Source: Octopus vulgaris (Eukaryota). Taken from it: a DNA stretch of 64,000 bases. The notes under the pieces are model-generated. The model worked only from the letters and a program-made list of their open reading frames with translations. It was not told the DNA's origin and made no database searches. Positions 43,262 through 54,630 of this stretch are shown piece by piece. Numbering within the stretch: the stretch's first letter is position 1; each line of letters begins with the position of its first letter. A program made the translations under genes and the position numbers. The stretch lies in NCBI GenBank assembly GCA_951406725.2, contig OX597823.1:30504001-30568000 (forward strand), in the 5' to 3' direction.

Positions 43262-44703
43262 CTTCCCGGACATAGACAATGGATGTGTGAACAGAGAGAC
43301 TAACTGTGCCTGTGTGTATCCTGGCTTCTAAAATATGTATGCAATATGACTGCATGTTGTAAGGGGAGACAAAAATGGTTGGAATTCTGAAGGGAGCCTA
43401 GCCTTAAAAGAATACCTCAAAAAGTTTTGTCTGATCATTTTCATGCATGATAAACCAAACATAAAAACGATGCGTGTACACACATGAATACACATTTGAA
43501 TACATCACCATCATCATTTAACATCTATTTTCCATGCTGACACAGGTTGGATGGTTTAACAGGATCGAACAACCCAGAGGACCACATTGAGCTCCTGTCA
43601 AGTTATTTATTTTGTAAGTAGCCACTATCAATGTCTTCGTGATGACAGGTAACCAAAAGAGTTCATTGAGATGCTGGAGACTTTTGTAACAGATGTACAC
43701 TGTGTACAGCACACACACGTTAGAGTGAAACCACTGCCAGACTCCCCAGGGGCAACAAACACAAATACAAATTCTGGGTAGATAACAGTGATGAGATGAG
43801 TGGAATGGATACATTACTAGTAAAGGCATGGATAAAGTAATTGAGGTAATGAGAGTGTGATAGAATAATTAAGCTTAGAGAAAAGCAACATCATCGTCGT
43901 CGTCGTTTAAACGTCTTTTCCATGCGGGCATGAGTCAGACGGTTTGACTGGGAACTTGCAAGCCAGGAGGCCGCACCAGTTTCCAATCTGATCTGATAAG
44001 GTTTCTACAGCTGGATGCCCTTCCTAATGCCAACCACTCCGAGAGTGTAGTGGGTGCTTTTTACAAGCCACTGGCACAGGCCACGTTTGGGTGGTACTTT
44101 TTACGTGCTACTGGCACAGGAGCCAGTCGGGGTGTGGGTGGTATCGACCACATTCGGATGCTTTTTATGAGCCACCCGCACAGAGAGCCAGTCAGGAGGC
44201 ACTGGAAATAATCCATGCGTGAATGGTGCTTATTGTGTGCCAGTCAGGTGGCACTAGCATTGGCCTCAACTACAATTTCCATTTTTTATTGTGATTTTGA
44301 TTTTTGATTTTACTTGATTTAATAGGTCTCCTCAAGCATGGCGCCCAATGATTCAAAGGTACCTTTTAGACAGGCTGGTTATCTCACAATTACACACACA
44401 CACACATATGCATAATATATACAAATATATTAATATATACACACACACTTTCTAAAATTAGAGAAGTGCTCACATTTGAGAGGATGATGTCATTGCTACA
44501 CATACAAACATCATAGACTACATCTAAAAGAAAACCATATTCCACTAATGATCATGTATTCACTCACCAACACACTTCCTCCTCTCTGTCTCTTCTACCA
44601 GAATAGTCTCTACAAGAACTCACCTGTGAACACACTAAAGACACCAGCTCACAGGTACACCAATTCTTTCTCTCCCTTCAACCATTTCTACAACAATCTT
44701 CTC

Positions 44704-44994
44704 CATTATTTACATTTAACGGATATTTGTCCTCATCTTGATTGTTGTTAACACAACATTTCGGCTGATATACCCTCCAGCTTTTATCAGATGTCTTGGG
44801 GAAATTTCGAACCTGGGTTCTCGTTCCTAAGGTATTTTTCTAGAACCCAGGTTCGAAATTTCCCCAAGACACCTAAAGAAGGCTGGAGGGGCATATCAGC
44901 CAAAATGTTGTGTTAACAACAAACAAGATGAGGACAAATATCCATCAAATGCAAATTATGTACATCATTCCTCATCTCTTAAATATAGAACTGT
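44704..44994. mobile_element. Inverted pair of Penelope-like terminal repeats with minimal hammerhead motifs (family 1)
   Basis: Arms 44704-44822 and 44842-44960 are inverted, and the right arm has a 3' extension. Consensus gacac-CTGATGA-a-ggctg..cagcc-GAAA-cgtt-gtgtt. Confidence 0.75.
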
Positions 44995-45344
44995 ATTAAC
45001 AATCTTCTACTCCTCAACTTTCCTCCTCCATCAAATCTCAAGTTTGTCCTCTGCATTTCACACCCAACAAGAAACACATTCACCCAATCCTTCCTCCCCA
45101 CAATGTACAATACCAAACAATCACTCCCGGCCCATGTTCTTTTTAAACAGGTACAACCTCACTAAAACATCAAGCACAGAAACCTCTGCAAGCATCACGA
45201 CTGATGATTGTCACCACCTCTCCAATTCAATAAAACAACATCAACAACAATAACATGGTCAGAGCAACAACAGCCCAAGCTGTGACTGCACCAGCAGCAA
45301 CAGTGAGTAAAATATAATTTTTGTTTAAATCAATAATTACAAAC

Positions 45345-45431
45345 CTTGGGCTGAACCAGTCGGATACGGATTCAAATTCGAATCAACCCCTGGGTAGGGA
45401 GGGGGTGCTTCTGCCATAAACACCTCATGTG
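45345..45431 (-). CDS. WBP2: WBP2-like exon: (A)HEVFMAEAPPPYPGVDSNLNPYPTGSAQ
   Basis: ttttctaacttcag acceptor and AAG|gtttgt donor; 87 nt, phase 1 to 1. Contains the PPPYPG motif. Confidence 0.9.
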
Positions 45432-47269
45432 CTGAAGTTAGAAAAAAAGAAGAAAAAGGTTAAAAAAAACAAAATATGGGAAAAGATGATGAGGAGGGAG
45501 ACTATTTGGATAATCATTATATTGGCATGAGTTGGACAGGTTTGCAACATCAGATCTTTATGTGTGTCAAGGGCAACAAGCTGGCAGAATCATTAGGATG
45601 CCGGGCAAAATGCTTAGCGGTATTTCGTCTGCCGTTACGTTCTGAGTTCAAAATCCACCAAAGTTGACTTTGCCTTTCATCCTTTTGGTGTCAATTAAAT
45701 AAGTACCAGTTACGCACTGGGTTGATGTAATTGACTTAATCCCTTTGTCTATCCTTGTTTGTCCCCTGTGGGCAATAAAGAAATAAATTTTGTGCCCCTT
45801 GGAGAAAAGAAAGTGAGAGTCAAACAGAGTTATTCTTCTTGCTCAAAAATTTCAACAGAAAGACTATCAATATTGGCAACCTGCATAATACGACAACTCA
45901 TTCAATGTAACACTATCCTCTTCTCATTATCATGTACCACGATACTGAACGAAACATCTCACTGTATTTCTCTCTTTACATCCTAAAATCCAATTCATAC
46001 AGAGGGACATCGAATTTGCTGTTCATCCTGATGGTTTTACTTAGGATAGTTTTAACGTCCATTTTCCCATGCCTGCAAGGGTCAGACAAAAATCACTGAG
46101 GCAGATTTTCTATGGCCAGTTTCTCTTCTCGTTGCTAATTCTTACTTGTATCCAAGTAAGGTAATATTTCTCCGTGGCTAGACATATTTTCACAGAAGAT
46201 TGAAATCAAATGGCATCACTTGTATGATGGTCACACTCATTTACAACTTTTACACAATGCCAAGACACAGAGCCATCACTATCATCATCATCACCAACAC
46301 ATTATTCACAATGGACGGACAGGTGTCCTCATCTTGTCTTGTTTCCACAATGTTTCGGCTGATTTACTCATACATACACTTTCACCATCTTTCCAGAACA
46401 TGACACTTTTAACACCAGAGATTTACTGGTAACATTCTTATATAACAAATAAATTACGAACTTATCTTAAATTTCCTATAAGTTTGGTTTGAAGTCTTCG
46501 TCAGATAAACTAGAACAAGTTATGTCCCTTGTTAGAGGGAGACAACACAAGGATTATAAAAACAAAAATGTTTAGCAGTCTCACCACCAAATATTTTCGC
46601 TTAATCCTAACAACCCTGGCAGCTAATCAATAAGAAATCACTTCTCTTTTTACATATTCTCAATATCAATGTTTCATTTGAACATCAAATATTAGGTTGG
46701 TGCAAAAATAATTATTCCATCACCAACGTTTTAACGTCCATGTTTCCCCGGTTGCTTTGGTTAGAAGGAATTCATTAAAGCAGGTGGAATCAGTCACCAG
46801 TGGAATACGCACTTTTGACAAGTTGTGGTGCACCTGAGCACTGTATACAATAATTTCATTATTATTATTATTATTATTATTATACCATTGTTCCTGAATC
46901 CTTGGGAAACTATTCAAGCAGAGAAATATTGACACGAAATCAACAAAATGCATCAAGAACTGTTGCAACTATTCCATTTAGCATTGGTCATTAGAAAAGG
47001 AACAAGACAATGCCTGACCCATATTCTGTAAATGACTTGGCATAAGTTGAATGAACAGGGCTACAAAGCATTAATGTAACCAGTTTAATCCCAAAACCTT
47101 TTTCCAATCCATTGCTTTTTCAAGCAACTGAGAAATTTCCTGCAAAAAAAAGATTAACAACAACCAAACAGCAACTGAAAATAATTGTGAAGAATTCCTC
47201 AGTTGCAGGACTCAGGAATTTAATGCTACCAGAATAAATAAATCTGTTCTTTGTAGGTAAAAATGTGTA

Positions 47270-47592
47270 GAATTTAAAGATTATTTTGATTAATAAAAAC
47301 TACTTCAATCTGTGCTCCTTTTTGATCTTCATGTGTCTAACACACGTGGACATGCCTACAAAGTCAGAAAACAACACAGCTCCCATGACTTTCGGAAACA
47401 TTTTTTCACGCTCAGAGTTGCTGAAGCATGGAATAAACTGCCTGCGTCAGTTGTTGACTGCCATGACACTGCATCCTTTAAGGCCCTCATGCTTTCCGAA
47501 ATCCGCCGAAACTACACCTGATTATATATACACTTTAGATGAGTTGTAGTGCACCTGAGCACTGTACACAATTATTATTATTATTATTATTA
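47270..47592 (+). mobile_element. CR1/L2-type LINE 3' end
   Basis: NTRGHAYKV...RKHFFTLRVAEAWNKLPASVV...SFK, a short UTR and an (ATT)n tail. The same tail occurs at 46810-46880 and 59540-59585. Confidence 0.85.
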
Positions 47593-48044
47593 TAATGCTT
47601 TAACCCTTAAATGGCAGGAAAGGGTTGCATGAATGAGAGTACCAAACAGAAAAATATCAAAAAGAAACTGAAGTACCAAGCAAAACTGTTTGCAACCTTT
47701 TTGGTGACTTAGTGACTTCGCCCTCTTGCTCCAGGTTTGCTCTGCATCAAGACACAAAGCAGATCTTGGAATGAGAGGAGAAGCTACTAAATGACTGAAA
47801 AGGTCACTAACAGAAAGTAAAGAACTTTCACTAAAAAACAACCTATCAAAACATTCCAATAATAATCTGCCAAAACATTTTAAGTGTGTCATAAGCACTG
47901 TCAGAGAAAAATGTACACAGTCCTGGGGTCGATTTTCTCGATTAAAGGCGGTGCTCCAGCATGGCCGCAGTCAAATGACTAAAACAAGTAAAGAGAGAGT
48001 AAAGAGTTCATCTAACTCTTGTATTTACCAACTTTTGCTATTCT

Positions 48045-48437
48045 TTTTTTTTTCTTTTATTTGTTTCAGTCATTTGACTGCGGCCATGCTGGAGCACCAC
48101 CTTTAGTTGAGCAAATCGACCCTGGGACTTATTCTTTGTAAGCCCAGTACTTATTATATCGGTCTCTTTTGCCGAACCGCTAAGTGACGGGGACGTAAAC
48201 ACACCAGCATCAGTTGTCAAGCAATGCTAGGGGGACAAACACACACACACACAAACATATATATATATTTATACGACAGGCTTCTTTCAGTTTCCGTCTA
48301 CCAAATCCACTCACAAGACATTGGTCGGCCCGGGGCTATAGCAGAAGACACTTGCCCAAGATGCCACGCAGTGGGACCGAACCTGGAACCATGTGGTTGG
48401 TTAGCAAGCTACTTACCACACAGCCACTCCTGCGCCT
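48045..48437 (-). mobile_element. SINE family 'O', full-length intronic copy
   Basis: Collinear with the other copies. It is tail-to-tail with a plus-strand tail fragment at 47920-48005. Confidence 0.9.
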
Positions 48438-49560
48438 ATGTGAAGCTTATTTTGATAATTTTCAATATTCAAGGCAGAGGTAAAGTCATAATTGTTAGTC
48501 TCTTGCGCAATAAAATTTACAGTCTCAATATCAAAAAGTGCCATAAAATATCCACTTTCCTTTGCATCTGTAGTGTACATAAATTCATTTGAAATTCCTG
48601 TATTGTTAGATGAGTTTACAATCATCATTGTTTAACCTCTGCTTTCCATGCTAGCATGGGTTAGACGATTTGACTGAGGACTGGTGAACCAGATGGCTGC
48701 ACCAGGCTCCAATCTGATCTGGCAGATTTTCTATAGCTGGATGCCCTTCCTAATGCCAACTACTCCATGCATTTTTTCAATCCAGAGATAGGTGAAGCAT
48801 CATTTTCTTCTCTACTATTCAGAGCATCAACATTATGTACCTCGTTTTCAAATTCTACCGAGGTCAACTTTAACTGTCATCCTTTTGAGGTCGATTAAAT
48901 AAGTACCAGTTGAGTACTGGGGGTCGATCTAATCAACTGGCACCCTCCCCAAAAAACTTCAGGCCTTGTGCCTAGAGCAGAAAAGAAATTATGTACCTCA
49001 TCTGATAATGAGAGAATGTGAGAAAGAAGAAAAAACTTCTTTGCTTTATAAATCAACCACTTATGATTTCATTTCTTCTGCTTAGACACATTTAATGTAG
49101 CAGAAGCTTGGACATCAATTGATGATGGTCATAGCCAGGTAAAATTTTGGAAAGTTTAATTCATGTCTGCCATTCCATAATGAAACATCAATTGATGATG
49201 TTTACCATTTAAGAGTTAATGTTTAAAAACAGCAAAATGTCCATGAATGGCCATGGACAGTGCCCTCCCTCTTATGAAGAAATTAAGAAAAATCAAAATA
49301 TATTATGGTTTGAAATTGATAGTCCAGTTTCTTAAAGTCACAATATAGTCAGTAATTAATCAAACAGCCACCAAGTGGTCATTAGTATAGTACCTTCATG
49401 GCACAACTACCATGTGGTCAGCCTTACCTTAACCTTACAGAGCCACGTGATTAGTCATACAGTACCTTGACATCATAGCCATTGCACATCGATTGCTGTG
49501 AATTTAAAAATCAAATGAATTTAAAAGGACAGGTAAGAGAAAAGGCCAAGACAATATTAC

Positions 49561-49695
49561 CTGGTGGTGCATTTGGGAATGTTTGATATGGCACCCAGCC
49601 ATAGTTATAAGCTGTGTAGGCAGGCGGAGCAGGCTGATAAAATGGTCCCTGGGGAGGAGTGTAAGGTGGAGGCTGTGGTATTTGATACCGAGATG
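49561..49695 (-). CDS. WBP2: WBP2-like Pro/Tyr-rich exon: (A)SRYQIPQPPPYTPPQGPFYQPAPPAYTAYNYGWVPYQTFPNAPP
   Basis: tttatttcag acceptor and CAG|gtaata donor; 135 nt, phase 1 to 1. Open frame with PPPY and PPAY (PPxY) motifs. Not in the ORF track. Confidence 0.9.
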
Positions 49696-50089
49696 CTGAA
49701 ATAAATGTAGGAAATAGAATAAAGAGATTAGTTATTTTTTATAGCCCACCTAGTCAACACTGACTACACCCCAGGGTGGGGTGTAGTTCTTTCCTGTAGC
49801 AATTCCCACTAAGATACATACAGCAAAGAGATTTCCTTGACACTGCTTTGGCTTCAGGTCTTTCACAGGATTTGAACTTGGTGTTTTAAGCTAACAGAGA
49901 ATTTATTCAATTGATACAGTCCCCACTGCCTCTGTTTGTGTACGACTTCATAATAGCTGTTGAAAACCAGGGGACTACATACAGCAGTGAACAACCTCAA
50001 ATAACTATTCACTTTCTCAGTCAGTGAGGTTTGAAAGATCAAGGTTTCATAGCCCACAAGGGGCGTTTCAAGTGATACACACAGGAAAA

Positions 50090-50310
50090 AAAAAACCCCA
50101 GCACATGCAAACAGACAGACCCCCACCAGTGTGCAAACAGACAGACCCTCAGGACATGCAAACTGACAAATGCCCCCAGTCCATGCAAACAGAACCCTAG
50201 TGCATGTAAATAGGCAGAACCCAAAAGCATACAAGCAGACAGACCCTGTCATGCATATACAGGCTGAGTACATATATAGGCTCAGCAAGCAGAGGCCCAG
50301 CAACATAGTT
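50090..50310. repeat. Degenerate 24-28-bp minisatellite (catgcaaacagacagaccc)
   Basis: About 8 diverged tandem units. Confidence 0.7.
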
Positions 50311-50389
50311 TAGCCCAGGGTAAGTAGACGTATGAGTGAAAGAACAGTACAATCAACAAGGCAGATTTAGAAAGAAGAGCTGAGATAAG

Positions 50390-50700
50390 CAACAGCAACT
50401 GAGACACATTTCAATGCAGCACCAAGAATCTTCGTCCCTCATTAACTTGGTAAATCCTCAATTCCATGTTGTGGATCTCTGCTAATAACATCAATTAAAC
50501 AGAGAGGCTTTCATTCTGTTAAAGTGCAGAAGTCTCCAAAATATAACATCTGTTCTTTGCTTTGGTTTTGTACTGATGTCATGAGATGTTTTGAGCCCTC
50601 ATCAGAAGCTTGATGTATGTACCATCAAGGTGATCTTGAACATCCTTCTTCAGAGTCCAAGCTTCAGCTTTACAAGGACTTCTGAGTTAATAGTTAATTT
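50390..50700 (-). mobile_element. RTE/RTE-X-type LINE 3' fragment
   Basis: EAWTLKKDVQDHLDGTYIKLLMRAQNIS*...IDVISRD...EDLP..MRDEDSW. Confidence 0.65.
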
Positions 50701-52281
50701 AGGTTGAAAATTAAGGAAAAAGATTACAGATCATTTATAAATATCAAATACTACAGAAGAGGGCAGCGAGCTGGCAGAATTGATAGCATGGAAGATGAAA
50801 TGCTTAGCAGTATTTCGTCTCTGTCTTTATGTTCTGAGTTCAAATTCTGCCAAGGTCAACTTTGCTTTTCATCCTTTTGGGGTCGATTAAATAAGTACCA
50901 TTTACACACTGGAGTCAATGTAATTGACTTAATCCCTTTGTCTGTCCCCTGTATGTTTAGTCCCCTATGGGCAATAAAGAAATAAGTATCAAGTACTACA
51001 GAATTTAATGACGGATTAATTAAAATTCTCTTGGTAACCTCAATGTCTAAGTTCTAAAACCAGGCAGCACTAACATCGCCAGAGACTTTCTTCCATGCTG
51101 GAATGAGTTAGATGGTTCAACAGAATCTGAAAAGCCAGAAGACTGCATTAGGCTCCAATGTCTGCTTTGGCAAGGTCTCTACTGACGGCTGCCCTTTCTA
51201 GCAGCAACCACTTTACAGAGTGTAATGGGTGCTGTTTTCATGGCAGCAGCATTTGTGAGATCTGCAAGTAAGCCACAAGACAAGACTCCTTAACAGCATG
51301 AGGGTGCAGTCCTGAGGGTACCAAAGTGTTGAGAGACTAAAGTAAGACAGAGACAAGAACAAGTATTTTGCTGAAGAAGAGATACATGACCACCCCGGCA
51401 GAAAAGGGAGAATGCATGGTAGAGATGATGTTTGTTCCTTCTTGAGCCATGCCTAGCTCATAAAGGCTGGTTTCCCAGTTTCCTTGGTGTATAGGTTCCC
51501 CACCTGGACAGAACGCTGGTCCGTCACAAGTGAGCTGCAAGATGCAGGAGGAAAGAGTGAGAAAAAGTTGTGGCAAAAGAGTCAGCAGAAGTTCGCCATT
51601 ACCTTCTGCCGGAGCCACGTGGAGCTTAGATGTTTCACTCATAAACACACACGGTCTGAGATTCGAACCCTCAATTCTTCGACTGTGAGTCCACTGCTCT
51701 AACCACTAGGTTATGTGCCTCCACATGGTAGAGATGAAGTATTTACTAAATAATTATCCTGCCATTATTTTTTTTTTGTTTGCCTTCAAACATCAGTCAG
51801 CTGTAATTTAAAATTACTATAAACCACATACAACTTACAAGATCATAGGTGTTCTCCTGCTTTCTTTTTTTTTTTTTTTTTTTCATAATTATGATCTTTG
51901 ATAAAAATTTAATTGAATATTTTTGTATTTGGCTTGCAAGATTCTTGAAGTGAATTCATGAGTTGAAATATATTTTGTTGTTTCTCAGGAGAGTCACTTT
52001 GCTAACAGTAAACACATACACAGGACTGAAGGAGACCTGATGTAGCTGAGGGCATGTCATTGATGAGATCATGAATAATGATGAAAAGACTTTGACAAAC
52101 CTAACTGATTGATTGATTGATTAACCCAACAATTAATCAAACAACCAATTAGTTAATTGGTTAAATAGTGAACCAACTGACAAATAAATAAGAAAGAAGT
52201 GAAACGGAACCAGTGCATGTTTTCTGTTAGTATAATGATTCTCTTGAGATACAACAGAAAATTTTAACTGAAAATAATTAC

Positions 52282-52374
52282 CAAGTTTTCCAGCCTGTAG
52301 CATAGCTTGTCCAAATTCGATAGCACCACCTTTGTTGAAGCAAAGTTTGAATGCGGCATTTCCAGACCATTTAC
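52282..52374 (-). CDS. WBP2: WBP2-like exon: (G)KWSGNAAFKLCFNKGGAIEFGQAMLQAGKL
   Basis: cttctaaaag acceptor and TTG|gtaatt donor; 93 nt, phase 1 to 1. Contains the WBP2 motif FxxGGAIEFGQxML. Confidence 0.95.
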
Positions 52375-52794
52375 CTTTTAGAAGAGGAAGAAACAGGATT
52401 AAAACACACACACACACACACACACACAAATAAACCTGATTAGTGATTGTTTAATTAGTTACATAAAAAAAAATACATTCTGAACTTTAGATTATGCAAA
52501 TTTATGTTGAAAATGGATTTAATAATTTAATGTTTCTTCTTTTACTCATTTTAGTCTTTTGAGTGCAGCCATTCTGGGGCACCACTTTGAAGGAGTTTAG
52601 TCAAAACAAATCGACCCCAGTGTGCACTTTTAAGTTTCTGTAACTTAGGGGTTCATCAAAGAATACTGACGTAAAAAAAGTGGACACTGGGGTCGATTTG
52701 TTTTGGGTGCACCAGAATGGCTAGTGCCGAAAGACTGAAATGAATAAATGAAGAAACATTAAATTATTATTAATAATAATAATAATAATAATGA

Positions 52795-52969
52795 CATCGA
52801 AAATACCTTAGGAATAAGAACCCAGGTTCGAAATTTCCCCAAGACACCCGATGACGGCTGGAGGGTATATCAGCTGAAGCGTTATGTTAACAACAAACAA
52901 GATGAGGACAAATATCCATCAAATGTAAATAATGTACATAATTCCTCATCTCTTAAATATAGAACTGTA
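52795..52969 (+). mobile_element. Penelope-like terminal repeat (family 1), single copy
   Basis: Collinear with 44842-44994. Motif gacac-CCGATGA-c-ggctg..cagct-GAAG-cgtt-atgtt at 52843-52888. Confidence 0.7.
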
Positions 52970-53079
52970 TGCTTCCCATTCTTCGTTTTATATGGAAGAA
53001 CAATGATTCACAGAATCAACTGGAAATATAAGAAATATTTATTGTTATGAGATGATGTAAAAAGTAATAAAACCTTTTG

Positions 53080-53478
53080 ATACACCCCTTTGCTTGCGAA
53101 GACATGTTGGGGCAAGCGAAATCGAAATCGAATTGAACCAGCCAGGATCCCTGGTCTGGTGGTACGTAAAATGCACTATCCGACTCATGGCCGATGCCAG
53201 TGCCGCCTCGACTGGCTTCCGTGCCTGTGGCACGTAAAATACACCAATCCGACCATGGCCGTTGCCAGCTTCGCCTGGCACCTGTGCAGGTGGCACGTAA
53301 AAAGCACCCACTACACTCACGGAGTGGTTGGCGTTAGGAAGGGCATCCAGCTGTAGAAACATTGCCAGATAAGACTGGAGCCTGGTGCAGCCTTCTGGCT
53401 TCCCGGATCCCCGGTCGAACTGTCCAACTCCTGCTAGCATGGAGAACGGACGTTAAACGATGATGATGATGATGATGA
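53080..53478 (+). mobile_element. Short retroelement ending GGTTGGCGTTAGGAAGGGCATCCAGCTGTAGAAA...GCATGGAGAACGGACGTTAAAC(GAT)n, with internal ~65-bp tandem units
   Basis: Multiple copies: 29972-30170(-), 42830-42995(+), 43890-44260(-) and 48620-48765(-). Related variants at 46050-46270, 54695-54930 and 56450-56675. Confidence 0.8.
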
Positions 53479-53923
53479 TAATCAATACTCTTATTCTCCA
53501 AGAAGGCGTAAAATAAAGAGAACAGCCACATTCCAGTTTATGTTTACAATTTAAACTCATGGAAAACACACTTACCATCACTAAAATACCAACACCAATG
53601 ACTATTCTTACAAGCCATAAATAACCTACTGACTGAAGGCACTGTCCTTACTAATTCTAGTGACTATCCTTACATACCTTCAATAACCTACAAATTCCAG
53701 ATCCTTGCATACCATCACTTAATGCACTTGCCCCCTCTCCATTGATGATCAAAGAAAGGTTGTAATAATGTTCAGACCATCTGAATTAATGGCTCTGTTT
53801 ATGAATAACTTAGAATATAAATAATAGACAGATAAGGATTGATTCCTTTTTGGATCAGGATTGATTAAGAACTAAACACCAATTCTCCAGTGCATACACA
53901 CACACAGAAGGAAAAAGATTTAC

Positions 53924-54062
53924 CTCCTTGTTCGGCAAAAACAGTTCCTTTTATGTAATTGGCTGAAAATACAGGTTGTTCCAGTTCAACCTGCCTCAAG
54001 GTAAAAAATGGCATACTGAATGAAAGAAGATGATCTTTCTGGGAATTGTTGAGGAAAATAAC
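53924..54062 (-). CDS. WBP2: WBP2-like exon: VIFLNNSQKDHLLSFSMPFFTLRQVELEQPVFSANYIKGTVFAEQG
   Basis: ttttcag acceptor and GAG|gtaaat donor; 139 nt, phase 0 to 1. The SFxMPF...EQPVFxANYIKG signature is typical of WBP2/WBP2NL. Confidence 0.95.
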
Positions 54063-54111
54063 CTGAAAATGAAGAAACAAAGACAAGTAAATAGTTGTGT
54101 CATTCCATAAC

Positions 54112-54630
54112 AAGAGGTTGAGGAAAAAGTTCATGCACAGTTTTAAAATAATGATTTTTTTATGCAAGAATCTATTCAAAAACAACAACAACTATTCTTC
54201 AAAATAAAGACCATCATTTTCCATGACAAGCTTTCGGATTTAGTCAAAGTACCAATCCTACAGCTTTGAATCGAAAAATTCTTGACAGGCTTCTTCAACT
54301 TCATTAAATGACTCCAGTGACCTTTCATAAAGTGCTGCATTGATTGGAAGAGACCGTAGGCAGATGGAGCAACATCTGGACTATAGGCTGGATGCGGCAG
54401 AACTTCCACACCGTCCAATTCTTCAATCTTGTTGCTGGTCTCTCTGTCCGTGTGTGGCTTTGCATTGTCTTGTTGAAACAAAGCGCATTTCGACGAACAA
54501 GTCTTGGGTACTTTTCAACAGTGAGTCACCATTGAACATGACATGAACTGAATGAACACACACATCACAAAAAATATATTTAAAAAAGCATTATTTTAAC
54601 ACGGCGCACAAACTTTTTCCTCAACCTAAT
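54112..54630 (-). mobile_element. Internally deleted mariner transposon
   Basis: FQQDNAKPH...LPHPAYSPDVAPSAYGLF (mariner YSPDLAPxD motif with the last D lost). About 35-bp TIRs: aggttgaggaaaaagtt and aactttttcctcaacct. Confidence 0.9.

Noticed and set aside
46691-46713. Mariner-type TIR ttaggttggtgcaaaaataatt
   Set aside because: Solo end with no partner TIR or coding remnant nearby.
50585-50660. CTGATGA and CTGAAGA on the minus strand as a hammerhead or C/D-box snoRNA
   Set aside because: They are codons of an RTE-type RT fragment (TLKK, LLMRAQ), with no proper stems or GAAA.
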